Shown in pieces: positions 38,568-51,637 of a stretch of 64,000 nt of DNA. The first letter of the stretch is position 1; the number at the start of each line of letters is the position of its first letter. This DNA is from Octopus bimaculoides (Eukaryota), in assembly GCF_001194135.2 (NCBI RefSeq), contig NC_068994.1, forward strand, positions 40,657,329 to 40,721,328, written 5' to 3'. Under the pieces are notes generated by a model. It saw only the letters and a list, made by a program, of their open reading frames with translations. It ran no database searches and had not been told where the DNA came from. A program made the position numbers and the translations under genes.

Positions 38568-39388
38568 GTATGTAGTAAATTAGAACAAGACTACATTTAA
38601 GCTATCTGTAGTTATTGTCTATTTAGACTTGATTCGCTAGTTTGATCAGTCTGTCATTGACAAATTAACTCATTCAACTTGGTAAGGTTTCATACGACCA
38701 TCTTGTAAATGCAAATTGGAAATTTCATTGTAGGGAGCCAACTCACAGCAATGTAATTGATGGTCATAAGAAAAAAATATATATAAATAATGACTGTTTG
38801 GTAAATAGTTAATTTCAAATATTGTTGATGCCAGAAGTGAAAGGATACTGTATAATTCATATAGTCAATACTATATATTACTAACTTAATATTATTGTTG
38901 CCATTATGACCAAAGATTTTACAATTAGAAATTGTACACTTATATCTCTACTTTTTCTTTTAATATTACATTTTTGATACTGATAACATTATCAAGCAAG
39001 CAAGATATTTTGATGTTGAGTGAAACTCTGATAATTTTTGCCGATTTCAATGTATTTTAGATTATCATAAACAGTATTTTTGTAGTTAAGTGAAATCACA
39101 TTTGCCTTTTGTTAATTAATAAATGGCAAATATAACAACAACAAAAATATTACAATATCAGCTATGATTCATGCAATCAGATAGCATCTATAGCTTGAAA
39201 TACACAAGAAGGGAATAAATATCATTAAGTTCTATGACAATTCCATCAAAGGTAGATTTTTTGTTTTTGTTTTTTCTTTTTGTTTAAGTGCCATTTTGTC
39301 CTTGTTATAGACTAAACCGGTTTATATATTTTGGATATCATTTTACATCAGTAAAGTGAACACACACACATATGTATAAGGTTATTAC

Positions 39389-39421
<33 letters not shown>

Positions 39422-39589
39422 NNNNNNNNNNNNNNNNNNNNNNNNNNNNNNNNNNNNNNNNNNNNNNNNNNNNNNNNNNNNNNNNNNNNNNNNNNNNNNN
39501 NNNNNNNNNNNNNNNNNNNNNNNNNNNNNNNNNNNNNNNNNNNNNNNNNNNNNNNNNNNNNNNNNNNNNNNNNNNNNNNNNNNNNNTAT

Positions 39590-39953
39590 ATATATGGTAC
39601 TCCATCGGTTACAATGACAAGGCTTCCAGTTGATCCGATCAATGGAACAGCCTGCTCATGAAATTAATGTGCAAGTGGCTGAGCACTCCACAGATACGTG
39701 TACCCTTAACATAGTTATCGGGAAGATTCAGCATGACACAGTGTGTGACAAGGCTGGCCTTTTGAAATACAGGTACAAAAGAAACAGGGCGAAAGAGTGA
39801 GAGAAAGTTGTGGTGAAAGAGTACAGCAGGATTCACTACCACCCACTGCTGGAGCCTCGTGGAGCTTTAGTTGTTTTCACTCCCAAAACACTCACAATGC
39901 CTGGTCTGGGAATCGAAACCGCAATCATATGACCATGAGTTTGCTGCCCTAAC

Positions 39954-39955
<2 letters not shown>
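39590..39955 (-). mobile_element. SINE (tRNA head at ~39955-39880, body to 39590)
   Basis: Minus head gtggttagggcagcaaactcatggtcatatgattgcggtttcgattcccagacc (A/B boxes); part of the body recurs inverted at 41290-41340. Confidence 0.7.
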
Positions 39956-39985
<30 letters not shown>

Positions 39986-40394
39986 CATATATATATCTGT
40001 GTGTATATGTGTATATATATATATATGTGTCTGTATGCACACACAAACAAACATACTAATGTATATAATTGCTTATATTCTGAACTTGAGGGTTTTAATA
40101 GCTGTCACAGGTAGACAGACAGGATCAAAGATGATGTGGTTCTGTGAGAGTTATTATATATTTCATATGTAAAGCTTAACTTGAGAAAGCTGAGAAACGT
40201 GAAATCTAATACTAACAACATTAAAGTCTTCATATCTTGTAGCTGAGGCAGTTATAAGTCATGTTAGCAGCTAATAATCTAATTAAAATATTATTTAAAG
40301 GATGGAACACAATGTACAACTGTCTTGGATATAATCTTGTTTTCTGCTGATTCTAACCATATGAGCAATACATAAAGATAATAGAAACTCTTGG

Positions 40395-40561
40395 CATAGA
40401 TGTGTGGTTAAGAAGCTTGCTTTGCAACCATGTATTTTGGGGTTCAGTCCCACTATGGGGCCTCCTGATCATGCTTATTTCTGTTACAGCCTTGAACCAG
40501 CCAATGCCTTGTGAGTGAATTTGATACAAAGACACTGTGTGGAAGTCCTCTATATATGTAT

Positions 40562-40613
<52 letters not shown>

Positions 40614-40830
40614 GTATGTTTGTGTGTATGTGTATCTTTGTGCCATTTTCCATTGATTTTTTTATATACCTGTACTTAGCAGTTTGGCAAAAAGAGACTG
40701 ATAAAAGAAATACCAGATTTGAAAATTAAATACTGAGGTAGATTTGTTTGTCTCAACTCTTTGATGAGGTGCTCAAACATAGCTGCAGTCCAATGATGAC
40801 CGAAACATGTAAAAGATAAAAGAAAGATAA
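40395..40830 (+). mobile_element. SINE family D head/body, then microsatellite, then family C tail
   Basis: gtgtggttaagaagcttgctttgcaaccatgt...gggttcagtccc; gtgagtgaatttg; (CA)n(TA)n; tttggcaaaagagactgata...caatgatgaccgaaacatgtaaaagataaaag. Confidence 0.8.
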
Positions 40831-42146
40831 AAAAGTTACCTACAATTTACACAGCAGTTGTTAATATTATAGTCAGATGTGATTAAGATGATCTCTGACA
40901 TATAGAAAGCACATCAAACAAAACGTTTCAATACAATGCTCTGTTAAGAATATTGTAGCTCTCTAGACAAAACTACACACTGGGACAAGCCACAACATAT
41001 ACGTTTTAGCATCTAGCCCTGCAACTGTGGGTATTTGTATCATATACCTTACAATGGCACTATTTCAGCACCATATTTTATTATAATCATTCTGTCTTTG
41101 CTTAAAGTTATGTTACTGTATAAATGAGAATACAATAGGCATGTTGATCTGTTATTAAACTTGGTAGGGCAGTTTGCTGAAAGAAATTTCACTGCTGAGA
41201 GTGAATAGCTGTAAGGTGGTTTCTTTGGCACACTTTATTTCATGTTGCTCCAGTCCATTCAGCTAGCAACAATGTATAGAACCTGATTTTAAAGGACCAG
41301 TCTTGTCACATACTGCAACACATTGAATCTCCTTGATTGAATCTGCTGGAATCCTTGTCATCATAACCAATAGAGTGCTAGTTCTTTTTTTCTGTATTAG
41401 CTCATGTTTTATAGATATAGAAACAGTTGAAACTGACTTTTGAAAATGAAGTATTTTTATCTTTCAATGGAAATGCCATACACATATTGATATTACAAAC
41501 ATTGCTGTTAACTAGTTCTTGTAAATTTACTAGAAACACCACAGTAACTAAAATGAAAATGTAAATGTTTTACTGAAATTACTGAAATTCTAAATGCCCA
41601 TTAACATTAGAATGAGCATTTATAATAAAGAAAAACATAATGAGGCAGAGAAGAATTTGGTCCATAGCTTCAATGATATTTAGTTGATGTCACTAAGTTC
41701 CAAACATTTTTAAGCAATTCTAAAAGAAAAAGAATTTTTGCTCAGGAATGCTTTCTACAATTTCTTTAGAACAAAAGAGATACTCATAATGTAATAAAGA
41801 ATTTAATGAAAAAATATATTTCCATTTCTGAAGCTCTAAGCATTCTTTCACCATAGGACAATTTTGACAATATGCTTACTGATTTCAAGTGAAAGCAATT
41901 CCAAAGAAACATTCAAAACACTTATGTGTTCAATTTTCTGTAAATAATTATTCAAAAAAAAAGAAAGCACATTGTCCTCACTCAAGTCCCTACATCCTTC
42001 TTAAAATATTTGATGCCTGGTTCTTTCCATTTATTTCCATTGAAACAATAAACTATAGTTTGTATAACCAAATACACATGCATATAGATATATGCGCTTG
42101 TGTATACATGTATATGTGTGTACACACAGACACACATGGACATTTA

Positions 42147-42192
<46 letters not shown>

Positions 42193-42293
42193 TTACAGAT
42201 AATTACATTATATATGCACACCTATACATACATATGCATTTGTGCATTCAGACATGTATATATGTCTTTTTCTCTCTCTCTCTCTCTCTCTCA

Positions 42294-42327
<34 letters not shown>

Positions 42328-42803
42328 AAAGAGAAAATGTGAGCAAGTGAGTGAGAGCAAGAAAGAGAGAGAGCAAGAGACAGAGAGACAGTGAGAGAAG
42401 CAGGACAATTTGTATTGTGTATGTTTCATATAGGAGGCATAAATGTGTTTCAATTCATTTAACGTTTACATATATGATTGAAAGACATAGAACTTGTTTT
42501 GTTTATATTTAGAAGGGGAGTATGTGTGTGCGTATGTGAGAGAGAGAGATATAGAGAGAAAGAAAGAAAGAAGGAGAAGGAGTGGATATGATGTCTGAGA
42601 TATAAAATTAATATGTAATCCTCTAACAATAGCTGGTGTGACACGGAAGTTCTGTTGGCAGTATGAGATCAGTGAATGACAAAATTATAATAAACCAAGA
42701 ATATGTATCAGAAGACCCATAGGATTTGTTCAGAGTGGGAATTCTTCTTGTATAATATCAATTTCATTTGAATGACTGACTGGTATTATATTCTCACACT
42801 TAG

Positions 42804-42934
42804 GATAAAACTGCTAGGCTATGTATTATATTACAAAGAAAAATATTTGATGAATATTGCAAACTACAAACGTATTAATTTTGTTTCAATAACAAATGGA
42901 AGTTTGATCAATACTTTTAATCCTATTAGCAAAA
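42804..42934 (+). CDS. Candidate 131-nt exon, phase 2-1 (IKLLGYVLYYKEKYLMNIANYKRINFVSITNGSLINTFNPISK)
   Basis: Acceptor ttatattctcacacttag and donor AAA|gtaagc; open frame lies within ORF 42772-42987. Confidence 0.4.
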
Positions 42935-43704
42935 GTAAGCTATTATTCCATTCTGTAGATGATCTGGCACTTTTGGTCCAAAATTAAGATTTGTAAGATC
43001 TGGGGGTAGCTAGTAAGAGAAAAAGCTGGGGAAAGCAGAATTTTCATTTCCAGTGAGTGTAAGTATGAATATAAATCTATAATCAAAGTACAAAAATTGC
43101 AGGTTCAACTGCCAATAGATATTCTATTTCTCATTGATTTTTGCTATAACGTTCACATCATTTGGCTTACACAGCAGTAAATGGTTTTTTTCTCTTTTTT
43201 TTGTTCAAAGTTCCAGAGAATATGTGATATCTCAATGCAATATTTGATGGGAATATTAATTTGATTGTTCAACCAACCGAAGTTCACTATTTTCTAAGAT
43301 AGAGATGTATTCATTTTCTGTTATTGTTTCAATATATCCATCTTTCTATATATGGGATATCAGAATTGTTATGATAGTATGTCTCTTAGGATGATTGTGT
43401 TCAGACATTTTAAAAACTCTACTGAAGACAGGGCTGTTTCAAAACAAACACTGACATTGTCATATGTATTTGCATTTATACATGTTGTATCAAAAGAACC
43501 TGCAGTCTGACCATAAGGCCTTATTTCGTAAAAAGGCAAAAAACATATACAGACATGACTCAATGTACATATTTATTCCTAAAAATTTCCAATAGAAGCC
43601 CAAAGCTAAAAATTTGTTGGGAGAGTAGCAGTCAGTTATATTAACCTCATTACTTGACTAGTATTTTATTTTATTTGTTCCAGAAGGATGAAAGGCAAAG
43701 CTGA

Positions 43705-43980
43705 TTTTAAAAACAAACCTTGTTCAGGGACCTTTTGAGCAGGATGAGCTATTCAACCTGAAGAAAATTCTAACTGGGCTGCACCTGCAAGGTCATGAAC
43801 TGTTTATTTTGATATGAGATCACCATGTCACTCACATGCGGTTGTGATGCATGTACTAGATGTACTCTTATCAGATGGGTTGTCATGATGGGTGTATTGG
43901 ACTTTGTATAACTGTACCCTAGTGTCACTTTGATGGCATGCACTGCTCTTTCACTCAATAATAATAATAATAATAATAGA
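43705..43980 (+). mobile_element. Retroposon-derived repeat 3' end with an (AAT)n tail
   Basis: Inverted homolog of 21281-21530. Confidence 0.8.
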
Positions 43981-44184
43981 AAATGAAAGGCATTGGAGGG
44001 GCGATGAAAACCTTGCATGCAGATAAATTGCTTTGCAAATTATAGTGTGGCTTATAATGAATTGCATACCCATACTTTTTAAATGAACAAAATTAGTTCC
44101 TTTTTTTTTCAAGTATCACCATTATAAGTATTTATACTCTGGTGAAATTAAGAAATCAACTTGTGAATAAATGAAACCCTCGAA

Positions 44185-44195
44185 TCCATCACTGT

Positions 44196-44227
<32 letters not shown>

Positions 44228-44242
44228 ACACACACACACACA

Positions 44243-44305
<63 letters not shown>

Positions 44306-44320
44306 ACACACACAGAGTCA
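44185..44320. repeat. (CA)n microsatellite
   Basis: Directly visible. Confidence 0.95.
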
Positions 44321-44499
44321 CATACCTATGTAGTACACCATGAACTATACACATGCAGATGAGGGTTGTTTCATACGAAAAAGAAAGGGAACACAGTAAT
44401 ATGACCAGTTGCTTACTGGGAAATTTGTAAGTTCAATTAAAAAAAAATTTTTTTTTTTAAAGAATTACAGGTATAAATAAGTATCATAGTATCAGTATT

Positions 44500-44701
44500 A
44501 TTGGTAATACAGTTCTATATTTAAAAGATGAGGAATTATGCACAATATTTACATTATTTACATTTGACGAACATTTGTCCTCATCTTGTTGTTAACACAA
44601 TGCTTCAGCTGATATACTCTCCAGCCTTCATCAGGTGTCTTGGGGAAATTTCGAATCTGGGTTCTCATTCCTAAGGTATTTTTTGATGTTGTTGTTGTTA
44701 C

Positions 44702-44741
<40 letters not shown>

Positions 44742-44780
44742 TTTCAGTTCACTGCCTGGAATCGAACTCGGAATCTTGTG
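44500..44780 (-). mobile_element. Penelope-associated terminal-repeat-like sequence containing a hammerhead motif and an (ATT)n tract
   Basis: Hammerhead at 44594-44639; directly adjacent to the GIY-YIG remnant. Confidence 0.6.
44594..44639 (-). ncRNA. Minimal type-I hammerhead ribozyme, decayed
   Basis: Minus strand: GACAC-CTGATGA-A-GGCTG-gagagtatat-CAGCT-GAAG-CATT-GTGTT. Stem I GACAC/GTGTT and stem II GGCTG/CAGCT both pair. Departures from CCGAAACGTT are two CpG transitions and one A>G. Confidence 0.7.
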
Positions 44781-44791
44781 ATTATTTTAAC

Positions 44792-45075
44792 TTCATCCCA
44801 GAGATATGTAGCCCATATGACATCAGGACGGTATTCAAGAGTAACACAACACTTTGTAAATATCACCTCCGAATAAAACCACGAATAGAAGAGAATATGA
44901 CCAAAGACTGCGTGTACTCTATCCTATACAGCTGTGGTTGGTTATACAAAAGCGAAACATGTCGCCTCCTCAAAATAAGGGTAGAGGAACATCGCAAAGC
45001 TGTGACATGAGGAGATATTGATAAATTGGGTACAGCTGATCATGTATGGAAAAAAGGAGACCCCCCCCCACCTGT
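44792..45075 (+). pseudogene. Penelope-like element GIY-YIG endonuclease remnant
   Basis: IPEICSPYDIRTVFKSNTTLCKYHLRIKPRIEENMTKDCVYSILYSCGWLYKSETCRLLKIRVEEHRKAVT*GDIDKLGTADHVWKKG. Matches the VY.I.C.CG..Y.GET.R.L..R..EH pattern. Confidence 0.88.
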
Positions 45076-46084
45076 GATCACTGTGAGTATTCTTAAAATG
45101 CATAATCATTACTTGAAGTAATACTTAAAGTATTACAGATAATGGTTTGACTAACTGAGTTAACCCTCTCAGACCTGGGCCCCTCCATCCGGGCTCCTGA
45201 GTCAAACAATAAATAGTTGCACATACAACGCAAAAGTAACAATTGCAGGTAAACTATGGACAGAATTATGACAAAATTCAGGACGACAACAATAACCGTT
45301 CTTTCTCTCAACTGTTGCATTTGTTAGGCAAACTAATGGACAGAATCACAAAAGATTGAGTAGAATAACAATAATAGGTATATCTCTCAACTACCATCTT
45401 AATTCACCCCAGACCCTACTCTCCTCATCACGTTCAACAGTTTCATTGTCTGAATCACTCTCATAACCAGCGTAAGTGTAAATTCTTTGTCTGAAGAATA
45501 AATATCATTAATAATTTCCTCAACTGCAAAGAGTCTAGCCTTGCTTGTTTACAAGACAAAGCGCTGGGTTCATCACACAGCTGTTGCATTGTAAACTCAT
45601 TTTTTTTTCTCTCTGGTTAAAAACAAAAGTAAACAACAGCTATGGGGGACACCATTAACGAGTTGTAAACACACTTGACTGCAAAGCTGCAACATGATCA
45701 TTTGTCTAATTTTAGTATTTTATCTTCTTTTTCTACTTGAGTTGTTCATTACTACTTTTGCAGGAATCCAACAGAGATGACATTTAAGCTATTCCTGCTA
45801 TAGTAGGAACATGGCATGACAGGGTTAAAGTGGAAAAACCATAAGCAAAGGGTTAAATCTTCCTGTAGGAAAAAAATCTTTTGCTTGAGAAGCAGATGAG
45901 GTTTGATGACAGCGAAACCATTTGGGCATAAAATTTTGCCTCAAATAATTCCTCATCCAATCCTGCAAGCATGGAAAAAGTAGACAATCAGCACATCAGG
46001 ATATATATATATATATATATATACATACATGTGTATGTGTAGGTGGGTGTGGGTGGGTGGGTATATTTATGTGTGTATATATAT

Positions 46085-46240
46085 TGGGAGAATTCACCCA
46101 AAAACAACAGACGAAGACAGGTGCTGTAGAAAACAAACAGATGTATTAGTATAACGCTTGGGAATTGAAAAAGTCTTTAACGTTTCGACCCTAAGCTCTT
46201 CCACAGAAAGGAACACAGAAAGAAACAAGGAGAGAAAAAT
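46085..46240 (-). mobile_element. Penelope-derived short repeat with a hammerhead-like motif (same family as 60997-61145)
   Basis: gggagaattcac...gacgaagacaggtg.tgtagaaaacaaacagatgtattagt is shared with 60997. Minus motif CCTTT-CTGTGGA-A-GAGC-TTAG-GGTC-GAAAC-GTT-AAAG at 46175-46210. Confidence 0.8.
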
Positions 46241-46362
46241 ATATATATATTGTCATCTAAGAATCCATAAGTCAGAAAAAAAATGTACTTGTATAGTTGT
46301 CAACGGAGTGGGCATATTAATCAAAATATACAGTATAGTAGATCTATTTCGGCCGATCTTAC

Positions 46363-46386
46363 CAATTGGTTTCACTGGTGACATCT
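46363..46386 (-). CDS. Candidate 24-nt micro-exon, phase 1-1 (MSPVKPI)
   Basis: Acceptor aatgctcttcag, donor TTG|gtaaga; symmetric length. Confidence 0.15.
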
Positions 46387-47606
46387 CTGAAGAGCATTTA
46401 GTGTTAGATACAAACAATTATGTCTAATATCTGGTTGTCAAATATCCAATGTGAAATTGATTTGTAAGATCAGCTGAAGTGAATCTATAATACAGCATAG
46501 TTTTGATGAATGTATCAGCATACATACCTTTATTTATATTAGTGAAACTTATATTTAAAATATATGTTTCTGTTGTTTGCATTGCTTTTTAAAATACTCT
46601 AAAGTTCTCACTTACATGGTGCTGGATTTGTTCTCTTGGATTACCCACATCCACATAATATTTGGTTTATTATTTATTGTTCACCATATTAATCTTCCAT
46701 GACCGCTACCTCACTTTACCACCTTAAAATAGATGCATCATCTTTCTCAACTTCTCTCTCCCTTTTTGCTCTTTCTATTTCTCTGGACACAAGGTTTTTC
46801 TGTAAACCATTTTCCCCTATCTTTGGTGTGAATCTAATATTTAAACTGTATCTCAGATGTTTGTTTGCTTGTTTGAGTAGTTGCTAAAAAAAATCATGAA
46901 TTTTCACCATGCAGTTATAGTTGAGAGGAATTGTAAAAATATTTCTGAATAGATAATGTTACAATGTTATATAGTTCTTCTTTTTTCTTGGTAGTGGGTG
47001 CATCTCCAGTGACATTTCCAAGATTAGAACTATTATCCCCAGCAGAATATCATCCAGAATCTGCCATACAGATGTTCAGAATCCATTTACAAAAAAGTCG
47101 AGTACTATGCTTCACAAGTTCAGACTAGTGCTTGACTCTAAAAGAACATGTCTGGTAAAGAAGATTAATATGACATTTTTCTGGTTGTCCTTTAGTTATG
47201 TCAAATATGATCCACATTTGGCATGCATTCATGCATCCATCTATCTGTCTATCTACTTTTTTGTCTGTCTGTTTATCTATCTATTTGTCTTGTCTGTCTG
47301 TCTGTCTTTACACACACACATGTGTGCTATGGGCGTATATATATATTTGTATACATATATGATTTTTGTATTGAAATAGTTCTATATATTCTTAAACATG
47401 AGTCTGTGCATGTGTGTTTGGGTGTTTGGGTGTATGTGTGCATGTGTATACATCTATGTAACGTTTATGTAGTAGTTCTTATCTGCATGATTTTAAAATC
47501 CTTTTTATGTCACAAATCATTCAATATAGATTTTGTTATACTTATATTTCCCAGATATCCACTTGTCAAAAGAAACTGGCACTTTGTAAAAGAATTTTCA
47601 TTTTAG

Positions 47607-47690
47607 AATCTGTCATTCTGTATTCTGAATGCAATCATTGATGGAACCATAGATATTTTAAGAAAGAATATGTTGACACCAGGCCAGACC
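47607..47690 (+). CDS. Candidate 84-nt exon, phase 0-0 (NLSFCILNAIIDGTIDILRKNMLTPGQT)
   Basis: Acceptor gaattttcattttag; weak donor ACC|gtactg; only phase 0 is open. Confidence 0.25.
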
Positions 47691-47977
47691 GTACTGATTC
47701 CAAAAGAAGGCCATTTTACCAATTAGCTAGCTTTCTATCACCCATACACTTCTACTACTAGCTCTCAGATGTGCTGGTTCTTTTTATTGTCTCATCTATC
47801 ACTACTACAATGCTTCTTTGGATTAGCTAACAGTTTACACTTACTCCTCACAACTCACTTGAACCTCAGAAAATATTGTTCGTTAGTCTATGACAATCAA
47901 CCAGGCCTGTCCATAAAAAGATAGAAAAATCTCAGTCTCCTCCTGGGGCCCCAAAACAGTCTTGTTCTGCCTTGCTA

Positions 47978-48090
47978 ATGGCAAGCTGGCAGAATCATTA
48001 ACACACTAGGCAAAATCCTTAGTGGCATTTGGTCCATCTTTATGTTTTGAGTTCAAATTCTGCCAAGGGCAATTTTGTCTTTTATTCTTT
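47978..48090 (+). mobile_element. SINE family B, truncated
   Basis: ggcaagctggcagaatcattaacacactaggcaaaat...gagttcaaattctgcc. Confidence 0.75.
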
Positions 48091-48693
48091 TTGTCTTTTA
48101 TAAAATGTTTTCCATGTAGAATCCATCTGCTTTTTAGGAATTTCTATAACAACAGTATTTAATACAACATTAATATATTTTTTTATTTTTCTATAAAAGG
48201 TAAAGTGCAATTCGTGAAAGATTTAGCTGTCATTCTAATGTAAAAAGGTATGTTAACAACTGTTAGGAGTTTTCTCAAAGACAGTAGTTGTGTTGAGCAG
48301 AAAAAAAAAAACAAATAAGAAGAGAAACACAAAAATCAATGAAGTATCCTGTACATGATTGGTGTGTTTTTATAAAGTAGCATGCAGTGTCAAGAGAAAA
48401 GTAATTTCACTGTAAATTATCACAATGCTATATCAAAATTTTGAACAATTTCTTATTGAATATTGGAATATCTTTGTTTCAATGTGTATACATATACTTC
48501 TGAGCAAATAGAGATTTTTAACTTTCACATAGAAGTGTACACAAATATATGAGCGTGTGAGAATCATTATATATGTATGTATGTATGTAGGTAGGTAGGT
48601 AGGTATTTATGTATATATGTTTGTATGTATGCATGCATGTATGTATATATGCATGTATGTTTATATATATGTATATATATATANNNNNNNNNN

Positions 48694-48727
<34 letters not shown>

Positions 48728-48804
48728 TACATATATGCACATAAATACATATACATATATATATATATAACAATAACACATGAGTGTATATATGTATACA
48801 TATA

Positions 48805-48863
<59 letters not shown>

Positions 48864-48932
48864 NNNNNNNNNNNNNNNNNNNNNNNNNNNNNNNNNNNNN
48901 NNNNNNNNNNNNNNNNNNNNNNNNNNNNNNNN

Positions 48933-48993
<61 letters not shown>

Positions 48994-49374
48994 TAACCAT
49001 ACATATACACAAACACAGGTATATCTTATCAGCAATTTATCTGTAAAATATTTATATGAGCCACAGTTACCAGCATTAAGATAGAATCTTCTAGAAAAAA
49101 ATCACCCAAGTTAAAAGAAAAAAAAAACAATAGCTATTATTGCTATTAAAACAGAAAAACACTATCTCTGTCAGTATTGTTTACAGGAGAGGCATGTTAT
49201 CAATATTGCTAGAGTTTATTCCTCATTTACCAGGTGCATAGCAGACAAATATCGTTTCAAGTGGTTTAAAATACTGTGGCAGTCAAATGACTAAAGGCCA
49301 GTGTGTATTAAAAAGTATTACTTCAAATATACCTTATAAATATTGGTTTCACATTTTGGTGCAAGGAGAGCAAT

Positions 49375-49540
49375 TTCAAAGGGGTGGGTTGGTCAATTAC
49401 ATCGACCCCAGTGATCAACTGGTATTTATGTTATCAACTCCAAAGTTGACCTTGGTGGAATGTGAAATCAGGATGCAAAGATGGATGAAATGTCACTAAG
49501 CATTTTGCCTGGCATGCCAACGATTCTGACAGCTCATTAC
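49375..49540 (-). mobile_element. SINE family B
   Basis: Reverse complement aligns to 49638-49810. Confidence 0.75.
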
Positions 49541-49637
49541 CTCAATATGCCATATAAATATAACCTTCATTCCTTTTAAATTAATATGGCAAGACTGTGT
49601 TCATTTATATGTAACTATTATCAATATATCCTGAAAG

Positions 49638-49850
49638 GAAGCAAGCTGGCAGAATCATTAGCATCCCAGTCAAAATGCTTAATGACATTTTGTCCATCTT
49701 TATGTTTTGTGTTCAAATTCTACCGAGGTCAACTTTGCTTTTCATCCTTTCAGGGTTGATAAAATAAGTACCAGTTGAGCATTGGGTTTGATGTAATTGA
49801 CTAACCCCTTTCCCTGAAATTGCTGGCCTTGTGCCAAAATTTGAAACAAG
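49638..49850 (+). mobile_element. SINE family B, full length
   Basis: Head agcaagctggcagaatcattagc; gaggtcaactttgcttttcatcctttcagggttgataaaataagtaccag. Confidence 0.8.
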
Positions 49851-49861
49851 TATATTCTGAA

Positions 49862-50055
49862 AGGTGTTGGGCAGCCTGAATCATTAACACACTGGACAGA
49901 ATGCATAACAGTATTTTTATGGCTTTATGTTCACAGTTGAAATGCCACCAAAGTTTACTTTACCATTCATCCTTTTGGGGTTGATAAAATAAGTACCAGT
50001 AGGCACTGATGTAATCAACTTACCTACCCAAAAAATTGTTAGCTTGGTGATAAAT
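49862..50055 (+). mobile_element. SINE family B, tandem copy
   Basis: Same layout as 49638-49850. Confidence 0.7.
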
Positions 50056-51598
50056 TTGAAGCAATTATTAATATATTCTGTATTTGATTATTCTAAGTCA
50101 GACCAACTGAAGTGAATATTCTTTGATGAGAAGACCTAAAGTGATTGAAACATATATGTTAACTTGCCCCCAAATTTTTATTTTTTAAGCAAAATTCAAT
50201 GATGAAGAAGATGATGATGATGTTGATGTTGATAAGGATGATGACAATAGCAATGATGATTTGACTTATATTCAACATGACATTAAAGAAAAATGTGTAA
50301 TAAACATTAAATAAGGAGATGACTCAGTACCATCCTAGTAGTGGCATTCCAGGTTATGTAACAGAGAAATTTTATGTGAACATGCCACATGGGAAAGTTT
50401 TCCAATTATTGACTTGTGAATCATTGGTATAGATAATATCAAAAGAAGTTTGCAATTCTTATTAAAAAAAAGGTATAATACAGTAATATATTGTTATTAT
50501 TGTTGCTGTTGTTGTTGAGCCTCTGCTCGGTCATATTATCAAAGACCTTTTAACTATAACCTCAGGTAAGACATAGGATTAGATATTTTCTGTTATCATC
50601 TCATCTTGTATTTTCAGGATTGCATGTTCTAATGTGTCCTTTTATTATAAGAAGGTAGAGTGTGACTTGATGGAGATGTGGCTACTATGTCTAGCAAGCC
50701 TAGCAATCAAAAAGAGGCTTTCACTATGGTTCAAAATATATCCCTATTACATGCATTACAGGTATTCTTGAAACTTAATTGTATATAGAAAATAACTTCA
50801 ACAGAAGTGATTAGTATATATATATATATATACATATATATACAAGAATATACAAGAATAAGGGCAGGGAATCGTCAATTAATAATAGAATTAATAATTA
50901 GCAATTTTGCCAAGTAGTTCAGTATGAAAAAACCTTTATCGGTAAAACCATTTATTTGGAATAGAGAAATTTTCATTCTCTTAACCATGAAACGATCGTA
51001 TCCAATTAACTAAAGACTTGTTTTGTTTATGCTTTTCCCTCCGGTTTTTTGTTCTATGTGTGCCATAAATATCGCCATCCGTTTAGAGAAAAATTTGTAG
51101 TTTAGAATCAGTAGTTCTTTGACTGCTATTTCTAAATTTTCAGTATGTTGGAGAAGCAACTCAATGCTAATCCCTGTATATTTATGATTATTATGATANN
51201 NNNNNNNNNNNNNNNNNNNNNNNNNNNNNNNNNNNNNNNNNNNNNNNNNNNNNNNNNNNNNNNNNNNNNNNNNNNNNNNNNNNNNNNNNNNNNNNNNNNN
51301 NNNNNNNNNNNNNNNNNNNNNNNNNNNNNNNNNNNNNNNNNNNNNNNNNNNNNNNNNNNNNNNNNNNNNNNNNNNNNNNNNNNNNNNNNNNNNNNNNNNN
51401 NNNNNNNNNNNNNNNNNNNNNNNNNNNNNNNNNNNNNNNNNNNNNNNNNNNNNNNNNNNNNNNNNNNNNNNNNNNNNNNNNNNNNNNNNNNNNNNNNNNN
51501 NNNNNNNNNNNNNNNNNNNNNNNNNNNNNNNNNNNNNNNNNNNNNNNNNNNNNNNNNNNNNNNNNNNNNNNNNNNNNNNNNNNNNNNNNNNNNNNNNN

Positions 51599-51637
<39 letters not shown>

